From Yuukianura sp. NJ FZ-2021 (taxonomy: Eukaryota), in contig CM102287.1 in NCBI GenBank assembly GCA_046563655.1, positions 9,300,001-9,364,000 on the forward strand: DNA of 64,000 nt. The letters are read 5' to 3'. The translations under genes were made by a program, and so were the position numbers. The number at the start of each line of letters is the position of its first letter. The stretch's first letter is position 1. Shown one piece after another: positions 30,819 to 44,575 of this stretch. The notes beneath the pieces were generated by a model. The model worked only from the letters and a program-made list of their open reading frames with translations, was not told the DNA's origin and ran no database searches.

Positions 30819-33800
30819 ATGTCGATATGGCGAGAAGGGAATGGAATTCCACCGAATGGACAACCACGACAGTTTTGGCCGTCGGAGAATCCCCGCCCCC
30901 CACTGCTACCAACGCCACCACCATCATTAATGATAATGGGGACCAATTTCCGGCCACTTCCTCCGCCTCGACGTCCAGCGCCAAGATCCAGAAATTCGAG
31001 TGCTCCTGACCTAAATATTCCAAGACGTAAGTGAATTAAAAACAAAGTCTAAATTACTATCAAGTTTGCAGATAAGTACAGTACTACAGTGAGAATTTTA
31101 TATTGCGTTCATGCAAATGAGGGGCCGGTACAAAAGAATAAGTTAATGATCAATTTTTCGAATAGTCATGAACAAGACATCAACTTCTTCAGAGTTTGCC
31201 CTATACTTTGAAGAATACCTCAATGAATTTCCACGGGCATCTGCTGGAACCATTTCCAAAACGTTGACAAAGTCGCCGACGGTAGAATTGAGCAAGTACT
31301 TGGGGACTTTAGACGAAGAGGATCTGGATGAGCAAGTTGCAGTCATAAAGGACGAAATGGCAGTGCTCTTTATCAAGCACATTCTTAAGAATCAAAGGCG
31401 TCTGGATGAAGTCTCCCTCCTGGTTTACTCCGACCATACGGATGGAATGACCACCGAAAGATATCAAGAATTTGACAAACCAAGTCCCTTGAAGACGAAA
31501 ATCCTTGATTTCATTCTACCATGTCAAATCTCCAGTTTTGGTTCTCCTCAATTCAAATTGAGAGTAAATGAAACCGAGATTCAACTTATTTTGGCTCATG
31601 ACTTGAATCCGAGTTTGTATTTATCCGGCATTGGCCAAGGCCAAGACGACCCGTGGCACCCTATAAATCTGGACTTCAGTTTTCATCATTTCCAGCGCAC
31701 AGTCAACGTATTTATATCGTTTCCTCCTCCCGGGGTAGACAAAATGGACGATGAGGTTGTTCATGACGACGTTCGTCACATGCCAACGTACAAGAAACGA
31801 TACATTTGCTACATGGACGAAGTGGCAACTTCAAATTTCCAATTCCTTTTGGCTATTATCTCTGCTTTTGGGACTGAAGCTTCTGAGTATCCCTCGGTCC
31901 TGTTCGATTTAATGCAAAGACGAAACATGCTCTTGCCTGAGTTGGCAATGACAGAGAATGAGGCTGCGGCAGCTTCAAGCACATTTTCATATTCTGAAAA
32001 TTCCTTTTCAGATCAAGATGACATGAACGACTTGTCCAAACATTTGGAGTTACTTAAGATTGGAAGTCCAGGCAATCTTCCTCCAGGTTTCTAACAATAT
32101 TCAAAGTATTTCATTTTTTCATTTTTTTTCCTAGTCTAACTAATGCTAAACTTCTGATTTACAGAAGAGATAGTGTCGTTACCGGAAGTTGAACTGTATA
32201 CGCAGAAATATCAGAAAAAATTTCCAAGTTATTGCATCTCTACCATCAAGAAAACCATTCTGAATTCTCCCGCTAAAGAACTGGCCAAATACTACGGAGT
32301 TAAAGTAAATCCGAAAACTCAGTCTGAAATCCTGTCTGTCGTGCAAAAAACACTGGCGTTGGACTACCTTCGCCACCTCATAAATCATCAAACCAAACTG
32401 GATGTGCTGACGATGTTGTTGTACTTTGATCATATTGACGAGAAAACGGACAATTCGTGTGCAGAATTCGATAGAACAACACCCTTGAAAGTTTTAGTCG
32501 AGCAGTTCTTCAATTCAAATCCAGTTCCTGTTAGTAACGACTGTCCCAAAGTCCAACTTGGAAATGGAGTCACCGAACTACAGCAAATCCTAGTTCCAGA
32601 ATTCAATACTTTCGACAAGGACAAATCAGAAAATCCGTGCCATTGGGCCAACGATCCCTGGCATCCTATACATCTTTCCTTCAGTTATCACCATTTCCAG
32701 CGAACAGTCAACACCTACATTGCCAATCCACCGAACAAGCAAAAACTGCAACGTCGTGTGGTCACAGACAGGTATCGGCATGTTCCGACATACTGCAAGT
32801 ACTACATGATTCACATGAACGATACTGCCATGTCCAACGAAGAATTTGTACTGGCTGTAATCTCGGCATATGGAACCAATGCTTCCCAGTATCCTTCGAT
32901 GGTGCTCAGCTACTTGAAAAAACGGAACTTACTCAGAGACTTGTCACAAAAAACGGAACCCGCGAGCTTGAACAACGACAATCCCAGTCCGAATGCTGCG
33001 AAGGCCGAAGAGGAAGAAGAACTTGAAAATTTGCAAAATGCCGAAGATGAAGAATTTGAAACTTTGCAAAATTCCGAAGTTTTACAATCGATGAGAGATG
33101 AAATGATTGCATTCAATTCCAGATCCAAACCGGCACAAAGAGGTTTGGCAAAATTCACAAGAGACAGAGATGAAATGCCACGAAATCTGAATGCTGGAGA
33201 TGACCCTTGGGCTTTTCTGAATACTTTGATGACCCCTGCTCAAGCAAAAGCAAAACAAAATGCCAAACATGAACAATCTGCAAAAACCGAAAAATGGCTT
33301 CCGGAATCTGAAAATCAAAACAATTTGAATGAAGAAGCGGAGAATGACAAAGGAGTTGAAGTTACTTTTGACGAAGATGCTGATGCTGCGAGTACTTCCC
33401 GTTCCTTGTCTCCATATGAAGAGCCTTTAGATCTACCACCGGTGTATCGAACTTACGAAGGATTATTTGTTCCAGTGGATTCTTCATCTCCAGTTCCGGA
33501 TGGTTAGCTCCACTAAAAATGTTATTTTGGTGGTTATTATTTTTTTGTATCTTTTTTTTTTAGTGAATGAGGAATCGAAAGCAGAATTTTTGAACATTCT
33601 GTCGGATCGAATTGTGAAAAGTTCGGATGACGAGGACCTGCTGGAAATTGCGGACGAATTTTGTGTGATGTTCCGGGGGAAGACAGTTAGTGAGGTGAGA
33701 CGCTGGAACTTAAGATTTTCATATTTTACATAAATTTTACATTTTATATGAAATTATTTTTTCCTATATAATAGAAAATCAATGCACTCAAGGACAGTGG

Positions 33801-34161
33801 CCTTTTGGACAACCTGTTTCAACTTGTTGTGACAGTTTTAAATGTAAGCAAAGAGATAATGCACTATGATTTGTTTTAATTTGAATTTATGTTTTATAAT
33901 TCATTTTTATTCTTTATCAAACAGGTTTATGAAAAATTTGGGAAATTTCTTGTGTTCTGTTTCGAGCGTGAAACGACGCTTGCCTGGTACATAACTTTGA
34001 CTGAGAAATTGCATGCGGACTTTTTGCCAGTTTGGGTGAATCTTCTGAAGGAAGTTGGAAGATGTTTGCGGGACCGTCAAGGTCAAGAGGTCATGGAAGA
34101 CAAGTTTTATGCCACAAAGCACAAGGACATGGTGCTTGGCATGCTCCTGGAATCAGAATAG
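30819..34161 (+). CDS. Uncharacterised ~970-aa protein with a Pro-rich N-terminus and two tandem copies of a ~260-aa domain (6 exons)
   Basis: Frame-consistent GT-AG splicing joins 30819-31026, 31166-32086, 32165-33502, 33564-~33694, ~33775-33843 and ~33925-34161. The two big exons share the motifs SPxxELxKY, DPWHPIxLxFSxHHFQRTVN, RHxPTY and FxLAxISAxGTxASxYPS. Confidence 0.7.
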
Positions 34162-34662
34162 CACTTTAAAATGGTGTTCTTAAACCTTGACTATTCTAAA
34201 CTTTACTTTAAAACAATTATAGCCTCAGTTAATTAGTTTTTAATTTCCGGAAAATTTTCTTCTTCTTATTCATGTTTTCAATTTCCTAAGATTTTTATTC
34301 AGAAAGCCGCCTTGATACACTTTTTGCTCAAAATTGACTTCACACTGGTAGATCTAAATATATTTAAACCAAAGAATAAAAAGCTTTGAAGTTTTTGAAA
34401 ACTTCGTGTTGGATTTATCACTTTTCTTATGACTTTGCATTGTTTCTTTTGTTTTCAGGGACATGAATCAGGTTATGCATAATGGAAAAAATATGGATCA
34501 TATTGCATATTCAACGGTTGGAATTTGGAACTTGTTGGAGCATATTTCTTTCAGTTGTGCCAAAAAAGTGAATATTGTTATTATAATATTTAAGTATAAT
34601 TTATTATATTTAATTACACTTTGTAAGCATACAAGTGTAATAACGAACACGCTTATGCAGCG

Positions 34663-36947
34663 ATGGAGCAAAGTTCTTTTGCTTCAGCGATATTCACTGC
34701 TTTGCCGTATTTTCTTCAACTAGAGTCTACCTTATTGCGGGAAACAGACAAGAAACGCTTTAAAGCTGAAAATTTCGAGGAAGATCAAAGCTATGATTTT
34801 ATCGTAGGTCAGTTTTTCATTTTTTCAAAATTTTGAATTTTTTTTTAATAGTGAATTCAAATTTTTGAACAGTTGGAGGAGGAACGGCAGGATGCATCGT
34901 TGCTAGTCGATTATCCGAAAAATTTTCGGTTTTGCTGCTGGAGCATGGCGGAGATCCACCGTCTTTAATTTCTGTTCCAAATTTTCATAATTACTACGAA
35001 GTAGCACCGAACATTAACGATTTTTACAAAAGCACTCCACAGAAACGTGCTAACAACAGGGTGAGAAATATTTTTTATATGAATTAATATTTATATAAAT
35101 TATTTATATTATATTATAATTGGTTTTGTTGTTTTAATCAGAGAATTGCCAAAACTATGGGCAAGATGCTTGGTGGAACTGGTTCGCACAACACTTTAAT
35201 TTACAACAGAGGACACCCGTAAGAACCACGTTCGAAATTTTGAACTTAATTTGATATATATTATTTTATTACTTTATATATTTTAATACAAGTTATACTT
35301 TAATGCATATTTTCCTTTTATGTAGGAATGACTATGACAATTGGGCAAATCTTGTCAACGACACGAGTTGGAAATACGAAAACTTGCTTAAATTCTTCAA
35401 GAAACTTGAAACGTACAAAGGGATTTGGCCAATCAAAAGTGAGTATCAAAAAATTAAAAAATTTTAATTTTTTTTTTTCAAAATTTTGAAAAATCAAGGG
35501 CAGCATGGTAAGAGGGGTCCAGTTAGGATTGAAACGAGCCGGCCGGCATTTCTGTCTGTTTGGAAAGCAGCAGCGGCTGAACTGGGCTTTCCTTATGCTG
35601 ATCCAAATGGACCACAAAAAGAAGGTTACGTTTTTAAAAAAACATAAAAATTTTGAAAAAGCGTTTTTTAAACAAGCTGATTTTTTAGGATTTAATGCTA
35701 TGGAGTACACGAGAGAAGATGGACGACGTGTGAGCACTTACACTGCTTATATTCTTCCATTTTTGAACCGGAAAACATTAACAGTACTGCGGTACGCCGA
35801 AGTCCAAAAAATTCTGGTTTCAAATGAACGTGCCACTGGAGTCCAGTACTTGCGTCATGGACGACAACTCAAAGTCTATGCCCGGAAGGAAGTGATTCTC
35901 TGCGCAGGCGTCTTTGCTTCACCGCTAATCCTCATGCGATCTGGAATTGGTCCAGCCAAGATGCTGCGTAGAGCCGGTATCAAACCAATTCTGAATTTAC
36001 CTGCAGTAGGCAAGTACTTGCAAGATCACGTGGGAGTAGCAGCTCCACCAATCACCGTTCATCCTTCAAGTGTGGCCACTCCAGAAAATAACTTGACTGT
36101 ACAAGAATTTGAAAAGTTTTTGAGCCATGATCCGCAAGAGTCACTTCTAGCCGAAACAGGCCTCACTCCTCAATTACTTCTAACTTCTAATGTAGCGAAG
36201 TCAAAAGGTCAAAGGTCATGGCCCGACACGCAAATTCGGAGAACAAATTGTCCAAAAACGGGAATTTTTCAGCGTCCGAATCAACTTTGTTTCGATGTAA
36301 TCGCTGATCGGCCGGAATTTTCACGCAGCGTTTTAGGAACGGTGAAACTAAATACTTCGGCGTATCTCGATGGAGAGACTGACAATGTCAAGTTGGCCAT
36401 CATCGATATCAAAATTTTGAAAAGTGAAATGGACACAGCAGTACTAAGGGAAGGTACATTTGAAACTACATTTTTTTTTCTCGAAATTTCGAAATTTTTT
36501 GAGTTTTGCTCTTCCAGGTCTGAAATTTGTTAGCCGAATTGCAAAAACCGAAGCTTTTAAAAGCATAGGAGCTGTGGAGACCGTGGATTCTGAATGCGGT
36601 GGAAAATTTGACCCTGCTAGTGAACCATATTGGAAATGCTACTCTGCCAGAATAGCTTACACTCACTTTCATACTGCCGGAACTTGCCGAATGGGAGTCG
36701 TTGGAGATCGGAAGACTTCGGTGGTGGATTCGACACTACGGTAACATTACATGCACTATTCTGAAATCGAAATCTAAAGTTTCTCAAATCAACTAAAAAG
36801 TTTGATTTGTTTCATAGAGTTCACGGAATCCAGAATTTGCGTGTTGTCGACGCTTCCGTTATGCCGCAAGTCACAAACGCAAATACAAACGCCGCTGTTA
36901 TGGTCATTGCCGAGAAAGCGTCTGAGGTCATCGCAGGTCAACATTAA
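34663..36947 (+). CDS. GMC oxidoreductase (glucose dehydrogenase-like flavoprotein); the 5' end may extend further upstream
   Basis: [13 protein letters not shown] (FAD-binding), [47 protein letters not shown] and [14 protein letters not shown]. Splicing is in frame throughout. Confidence 0.92.
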
Positions 36948-37374
36948 CATTAGTTGTAGTACCGGAGAAGCCGCGAACTTTCAAATTCAAAAATCTCGGA
37001 AAAATTGAAATGAAATTCCCCATTTCTACTTTGGAACTAATAAAATATTCACATTTATTATGTTTTTTAATACATTTTATTCCTAAGGGCTCTTCATCTT
37101 ACGATTCCCCCTCTTTCTTTTAGGTGTTTTGCAGAGATTGGAAAAGAGACTTTGGTGAAGGTTCATTCTTCAGTAGGAAATGAGGTTTGGAGGAGTGCGG
37201 ACGTGAGGAGCCTTCCTAAAGACACTTTAAAACAGTTCCCAGTTCACTTCCTGGTTGGTGTTTGTTTCTCACAGGAGGTCAAAGGTCATCTGATTCTGAG
37301 TCAGCAGGAGTCTCCTATTTTAAGTTTATTTTAACAACTAAAAAGTTGTAGTGTAAACAAACATAACTTTCAAA

Positions 37375-40300
37375 ATGTGTTGCTCATGCTTTAGTGCAAT
37401 AGGCTTCCTTTGGGGATTTGTTTCCATTTTTAGTTCACTTCTAACTTCAGTTGGATTCTTTCTGCCATTTTGGATTGAGGTAATTTCAAAATTTTAAAAT
37501 TTGGTTTTTCAATTTCCAATTTTACCATCACCTACTTTAGTATAAAATAATTTTGAAGTCAAAACTTCAAGAATTTCAGGTACAAAGGCATTACCATTCG
37601 GGTTTGTTTTGAATTTTAGTTGTTGCTAATTTTTGCTGTTTTAAATTTTTTACGTTTTAAATTTTTTTTTGAGTATTAATTAAGTGCCCAAATTTCAAAA
37701 TTGGACTGAAATTTAATTTGTAGGCCCGGGAAAGAGCAGTAAAATTTCGTTTTTGTACTGCACAAAAAGCTTCTTCGTTTTTCTTATTTCGTAAGCCACT
37801 TGAACAATGAGGAACCTTCAGGTTCATGCTTTTAAAAGTAAGAAAATTTCAACTTTTGCTCTTTACATCAAAAGCAGATCTTTTTGAAGGAAACGGAAAA
37901 GATGAAGCAGAGGTCCCTGAGGAAGCCAACTGAGACCCTTAAGACTTCCCTTTGATCTTGTGTTTGAAGGATTTCCTACAAAGGAAATCTTTTACAAAAC
38001 AACGACATCTTCTTCGTCTCCAGGCTTTTTTCAAAAAATCAAAATCAAATTACGAAGTTTTGTGTCCCCCTTCGTAAACAGGCACAACCACATTCTTTTT
38101 TTCAAAAAACTAAACTGTGAATGAGCAGAAAGTGCCACGACGGGGGTCGCGTGTGGTCGGCACTTGAACTTTCTCTCTGAGATTCAACTTTCTCCGAATT
38201 TAATTACAAAAGTTGTTTCCAACGGTTAAGTTGTGGCATTCGGAACTTGTAAGTTCCAGCTGCGCTTATCAAGAGTGTTTGAGCACGTAGAAACTCACAC
38301 TTTCTCTGCCACAAGGTTCAACTAGTTGGAAGTTTTTGTAAAACATAAATAGTAAAAGGAAACCAAAGTTTTTGACACTTGAGAAAGTAGCTCAAGCTCC
38401 AGAGAGTCCTTGAGTTCTAATTTAAATTTATTATGCTGGCTTAAACACAAGTAATTGAACCAAATTTGAACCATTTTGGTATCTTGCCTCACAATTTCAC
38501 CCCTGGGATTAAGCAGACCATATTTTAATTTATGCGTTACTCGTTAAGTCGTAAATGCAAAAATGATGATGAGCAAAAGTAGCAGTAAACACTGGATGAA
38601 CTTCATTTTAAAACAATTCAGTTTTGGTATGTTTCAATTCCACTTGAATTTTAATATAATTTTTGACAGAGCGTTTAGGAAAGAAAAATACACCTTAACA
38701 ATGAGTTCAAATACTTTGGATGATAAGCTGACGGAGGTTAGCGTGGTGGACTAAGCTGAGTGCTATAGTACTGGAGGAGCGGGTTCGAATCCCGTAAGGT
38801 GTGCAAAGAAGAGTTGGTCACGGGAGATTCCGCGCCCCTTGCTTTCCTTATCATTGTGATCGGCCATTGGTCAATATCACAGTGCTCTCGTGGTCCATCT
38901 TTGCTGCCTTTGGCTTAATGGTAGAGCGCCAGTATAGCTGAATTCATTCAGTTCCATTAATTTTTTTTGAAACAACTTTTCAATTTTTTTTTGTTTGGTG
39001 ATCTCCAAAAGTTAAAAAATTTGACTCCCGATATTTTTTTTTAGGGTGAACTGCTGGGCGGACAACAGACTTCGTTCGGGTGTTTCAGTCGTTGCGGTTT
39101 TGCTCAACTGACGAACAGTGGGATATTTGAAATTGAGTCAGCTTGTGGTCGCTATGCCACCTTCGACTCCATTCCCACCGGATGGTGGCAACTCACTTCT
39201 GTGTTGGTGGGGACTGGAGCCACCATTTCCATTCTGGTGGCAGTGACAATGCTCATCTCCCTCTGCTGTTCACAAGATCTCATCAATCCCACTTCAGCCA
39301 AAGTCCTCGGCTGGATCCAGTTGTGCTCAGGTTCAGATTACCTAACTTGTTCACTTTTAGAACAAAAAAGTCACCCATCCGTCCTTAATTGATTGAATTC
39401 TGTTCAGATTAATTGAGTCAGATTAATCTCCTCCAGAGACTTCTGGAGGAAGAGCCAAGTTAAGGCAGAGGGAGTCAAGTGACTTGGAAGAGAAAGCGAT
39501 AGAGCCAAAAGTACAGAGCTGTTTTTCAAAAAGCTCAAACTCGAAAGCTTACTTTTCAAAAATTCAAACACAAAATTCTTACCCACATACAAATTTAATT
39601 TGGAAGGAAAATTATTTTGAAAAAACGATTTGTTGAAGAATAGTGTGGAGACTTCTTCGAGTGTTTTTTTTTTCGAAATTAAGCGGATGTTGAACTAACT
39701 GTTTTACCAGATTTTTGAAAAGTTCCAGCTGTGCGTTTCTGGTTTTTGAAGTATTTTTGGGGTAAGTTTTTGACACCCTGATGAGAGAGTCATGTCATCC
39801 ATCATTCAGAGCCCCACTTAATCCTTCCCTCCTTCCCAACGCCTTTGAAAAGCCACTTCCAGACCCACCCGAACCCACCAACGTGCCTCCAGAAACCCCT
39901 CGGTTCAAACTCCTCCATTATTGAAAAGAAACAGTGAAGCGAAGAAGAAGCAGAATAATAGAAAGGCTCACTTCCATATCAAACGAACTGCACCCCTTCT
40001 GGCCAATAATTGCTCAACAAAAATTTCACCCACATGCAAAAACAGCCACACAAAATCCAGTTCCGATTCCGGCCAACATAACCGCCTCATGCCTAATACA
40101 AAAATAACTTAAAACATAACTTGATCAATAATCACACACCCATTTTTCACAAAAATATGAATTTTACTTCAAAAACTTTTTCATCAACAACCAAAACCGC
40201 CACAGGAGAAAATTTTCTCCGTATTAAAACCTCGTATACTAACTACCTGTTGCGCTGAAAATTTGAGGAAAAGTGTTGAACGGTTTCAAATTTGACAAAA

Positions 40301-42332
40301 AATAGTTGAAATTTTTCATAAATTTTTAGGAAAACAAACTTTGTTGATGGATTGATCCACTTTTAGTGTGGGTACAAAATTTGTGTAACTAAAAATCCGT
40401 CCACAAAACTTCCATGCTTGACAATAACAATATTTTTTTTAGACGATTAGTTAGTTTTTCCTCCTCGTGCTTGATGTTGTTATAATTGTTGTCGATGAAA
40501 TTGCAATTATACTTTCAAAATGACTCAAAAAGTGGCATAAGGGAGACGTGCCACTTCAACTTTCATTTCAATGCAAGAGCGCCTAGCAAAAGCAGAGCCA
40601 GAAGCACTTCGTGACTTCCAAACCCAAAATAAATAATTTAGGCCCGCAGGATTTTCTAAAACAGGAAGGATTACGTGTCCATCCGGTTTCTGTTCTTCAT
40701 CATATCTAAAAACAAATCTAAACACAAATTTTCAAGTACTCCAAAAAAGTTTATACAAATTCCTCTTCAAAAAAGTGCTGCTACATAGTCGAAAGTGTGT
40801 AACATTTTGATGTCTGAAAAAGAGAGTATGAAATTGGATCGATTTTGGTGAACTGTTGAGAAGCTGTAAAAGAATCCCTAGAGACTCTCCATGGTGTCAA
40901 TTCTGTTCCAATATTTCATTTGTTCTCAAATTCAAAAAACGTGTGGAGAGAAAGGCTCGCGGGAAAAGCAATAACTTTTCAATAAAAGTGAAAGTCCCCT
41001 GGTGAAAACCCTATGCTTTTCCAAACTTTCACTCCTTCTCTACTTTTTCAGACTCCGTGAAACGTCTCCTCCTCTTTATTCAAAAATTTTCAACAGCGGA
41101 AAATGAAAATGTAGAACCCAATCCCAGGAAATATGGGGGCAGCTCAGTTTCAGAAAAAAAAAGACATTTTTTTGAAACTGTCGAGATACCTCTGGAAGCT
41201 TTCCTGGGTGGAGGAGAAAGTGGAGCGCGACGAGAAAGAGAGAGAAAGTAAACGAATTTGGACAATTTTTGTTTAAACAAACTGCAAACACATACAAAAA
41301 GTAATTTTGAAGGAAGCGCTGAAATTTGAAATTAAATGGGCGTTACGAACACAAAATACGACACTGAAATTTCAACTGAAGCTCAGGTTACAGAGGAAGG
41401 GCTTGTTTTTTGAAAATTCTGTTTCTAAATATTTATGAAGCTCTAAAAACAGAGAGAAAGCAAACTAAAAAGGAAATGAAAAACATGTTTTAATTAAAGA
41501 AACAACAAGAGAAAAAGTTATGCAAACGAACTTACATAAACAAAATGAAAACTGTCGAAATAGAGTCGAAGTTCTCTTGTTCAAATTTTTTAGAACAAAA
41601 TTTCAACAAAAACGGCGAAATTTGAAAACAAGAGTGTAAACTTTTTAATTATTTTATTTTTCCATTTAAAAGCACGCCTGGCACAAGGAAACCTACACAT
41701 TAGAGTGCTGCTTTTACCTTCAAAAAATTGATTTTGTTACGACTTCTATCTGAAAAGTGACAAAATTTGGAAATTAGTCAAAGTAATTTTTTTTTCTGTT
41801 GTAAAAATTAATTTCAAAATTTTGATTTTTTTCAGGTTTCGTCGTCCTGGTGGGAATGTTGGTTTATCCGCTTGGTTGGGGCAGTCGTGAGGTTCTGGAA
41901 GCGTGTTCTGAGAGTTCAGGGCCGTATCAACTAGGTATAAGCCCAAAATAAAAATAAAAGTTAAACTGAAAGAACTGCCTCTTCGCAAAGTCCTTTCAGC
42001 GGTTTGTGGAAATGATCTCATAAATTTCCTGATCCATTTCCTGGCTTAAACCGCAAGAGAGGAGAATAAATGGGGCCTTGAATGTCTTTTTGTGACTGCT
42101 GAACTCCTTTCTCCGGTTCTCCTCATTAGTTCATTTCATTTTGTGTGCAGAAAGTCAAGTCCCCCAGAAGAAGCTGGAGGCCCTTAATGAAATTTGTGTG
42201 TTTGTGACTGTAGGGACGTGCAGAATCTCTTGGTCCTTTTACCTCATAGGCGCTGGTGTCCTTCTAGGCTTCGGGGCCTTTGGACTCAGTCATGGAGCGT
42301 GTAGGAAGAAGAAGGGGACTTACAGAATCTGA
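37375..42332 (+). CDS. LHFPL6-like: LHFPL tetraspan membrane protein (LHFPL6/LHFP-like), 4 exons with two long introns
   Basis: Exon 1 MCCSCFSAIGFLWGFVS..GFFLPFWIE; exon 2 (~39045-39330) SFGCFSRC..CGRYATFDSIPTGWWQ; exon 3 (~41836-41934) YPLGWGSREVLEAC..PYQLG; exon 4 TCRISWSFYL. The splice phases are compatible. Confidence 0.85.
38732..38941 (+). mobile_element. tRNA-derived SINE-like element in LHFPL intron 1
   Basis: GC-rich island with a Pol III A box TAGCGTGGTGG and B box GGTTCGAATCC in a pairing T-arm (GCGGG/CCCGT), but no good acceptor stem. It has a ~130-nt non-tRNA body, AGCTGA on both flanks and an ATTC-like tail. Confidence 0.6.
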
Positions 42333-42958
42333 GTTTGGCAGGACAGCTCAAACTTACATGAACTTCATCTTCATCGAACATTCTTCTAAGAAATATCACT
42401 GTAATATCATGTACGAATATTAGAAATATCATGTAATCATAAATTACATAATTTCAATAGTTATATTACATAACCTAGGTGTATATTACACAACTTCCTA
42501 CATAATTTATATAACATGCAAGATACGTAGCTTACTCTAAGCATTTTTCGGAGATTCTCAATGTTTTTTTTCTATTTTAGTACGTTTGGACAATTTTTGT
42601 TATATTTTTTATAAAATGTTTAAAAAACTAGACAAATCTAGGACTGAAATGAAGTTAATTAAGTTGAAGAAATAAAATGTTGAGGGAATAGTTTTGTAGT
42701 AAAGTACTGCTGAGATAATACTACTTATTACTTTCTCTTTTGAGGTAATTTACTACCTCAATTACGTTGTCACTTCTCACCTGTAATTAAGTTTGAGAAG
42801 TCTTTCTTAAGTATAGGATTAAGCTGCCAAAATTCGGAAAGTTTTATTGCAGAATTGTGAAACTGAAGATTTTGGAAAACACGGAGTTTCAAATTTGAAA
42901 AGCGAAAGTTTTTGAAGAATTTGCAGATTTTCTTTTTGCATACGCAGCTTCTCAGGAC

Positions 42959-43339
42959 TTATCCGGTTCTGGTTCCGTTGTTATTCCCACCGCTACCTGG
43001 AGGGCAGCAACGTTCTCTCAAGAAGTTGAAGCAAAATGGAGCTCCTAAATGTAAAAAACATCGAAATTTCAATAAAAAGTAAAAAATTTCAAAAAAGTTA
43101 AGCAGACAAAATTTCTTCCGCTTACTGTTATTGTTGCAGCACCGTTCGCACATGTGATCGAAGCACAGCAGAGATGAATTTGGTGCTAAAATATTTCAAA
43201 TCTTAATAAAAATAATAATATAATTGAATTAATTTAATAAAAAAAGCTTACCACAACGAGCAGCCTCAACTTGCGCCATATGCAAAGTGAAAACCACGAC
43301 GACAATCAAGCCAACAGCGAAAAGTGTTTTGAAACTCAT
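42959..43339 (-). CDS. Secreted 8-Cys peptide 1 (3 exons)
   Basis: Exons 43252-43339, 43126-43185 and 42959-43044 give MSFKTLFAVGLIVVVVFTLHMAQVEA-ARCAPNSSLLCFDHMCERCCNNNRAPFCFNFLRERCCPPGSGGNNNGTRTG*. TATAAA lies at ~43422-43427. Confidence 0.85.
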
Positions 43340-43829
43340 TTTCAACTTTTTTTTTGGTTTTCGTTTTTTTTTTAATTTTCTACTTTTGTGTTTTATGCTG
43401 TCGAAACAAAATTTCTCACTATTTATAGTCATTTGACAAAATAATGCTTTTGTGTAGCGGTCAACGGCTAAGCTAGTATTTACTAATTAGCCAATTCTGT
43501 GATTTACGACTTCCAAGAAACAGGGAATATGAATTTTCAAAATTCTGAAAATTTTGATAATCTAAAGCGTTCCAAATTTTGTTTTTCATTGACAAAATGT
43601 GAAGCGTGTTACGGCATGACTTAAGGAGGTTGCTTGAGTTATGTTAAAGTTAATGAGGAAGCGGACTCCAAATGGACGTAAAATCCAAAACTCATTTTCA
43701 GTGCACAGTGTCTGGAGATATTTTGAAACTATTTTTAATTTTCAAATTTTGAACAACTTTTTAGAAATTCTCCATAATTTACTAAGTTAGTAAAGGTGTA
43801 GGAAGAACGAATTGCTGATGTACAAACTT

Positions 43830-44191
43830 TTAGCAGCACCTCGTCCGCATAAAATCCACGCAAGGCCAACCGTCTAAACTTACCAAACAAAATTTCATGT
43901 TTAAAAAAGTTTGCAAATAATTTTAAGTTTTTTAATTTAAAAAATAGCATGATTTACCCTTGTTTCCGCAGCATCTGTCACACATAACGTCGTAGCACAT
44001 GAACCCCTCCCGTCCTGGTTTTAAAGTAAATGCAAAGTTTTTAAAAATTTGGAAAAATAATCTAAATCCGAAATTAGTTTAAATTGTTCAAAATTTTGAA
44101 CCTTACCACATGCAGCTTCCATTTGTGTAACAAGAAACAGTATGAGAAAAAGTGGAATCAACAGTCGAAAAACCACAATTGCAGAATCCAT
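43830..44191 (-). CDS. Secreted 8-Cys peptide 2 (3 exons)
   Basis: Exons 44107-44191, 43958-44014 and 43830-43873 give MDSAIVVFRLLIPLFLILFLVTQMEA-ACGREGFMCYDVMCDRCCGNKDGWPCVDFMRTRCC*. TATAAA lies at ~44301-44306. Confidence 0.85.
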
Positions 44192-44575
44192 TGTTCAAAA
44201 ATTGTTCATAAATCTTCAAAATTTCACAATTTAGGACCACTAAAATTTTAGGCCAACTATTTGCTGTATTTAAAATGTATTTTAGTATGTGTAGGGTGTA
44301 TTTATACTAAGCAGCATGAAGTGGAAAATTTTACACTAAACTTGAAAACAGGAAGAAGGAGTGTATGGCCTTTGACAGTAAATTTTTGTTGATGTTTAAG
44401 CATATATTTTGGTTGAAAATTTAATACGGGAAGCAAATTTATTGAAAACTAAACGAATGAACAATATTATAATATGTTTTAGAACAATAAAAACTAAATA
44501 TAATTATGGGTTGCCGTATTCCATCAAAACTACTTCCTCAACACCTAATTTTTGCAACTCTGTACGGACTTTGAT

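Noticed and set aside
35505..35690. Frameshift or pseudogene in the GMC oxidoreductase
   Set aside because: The apparent frame changes are resolved by canonical introns and all exons join in frame.
38732..38812. Functional tRNA gene
   Set aside because: The B box and T-arm are good, but I could not form a proper acceptor or anticodon stem. The sequence continues into a GC-rich body, so it fits a SINE or pseudogene better.
39779..39810. Hammerhead ribozyme core (CTGATGAG)
   Set aside because: There is no correctly placed GAAA or supporting stems.
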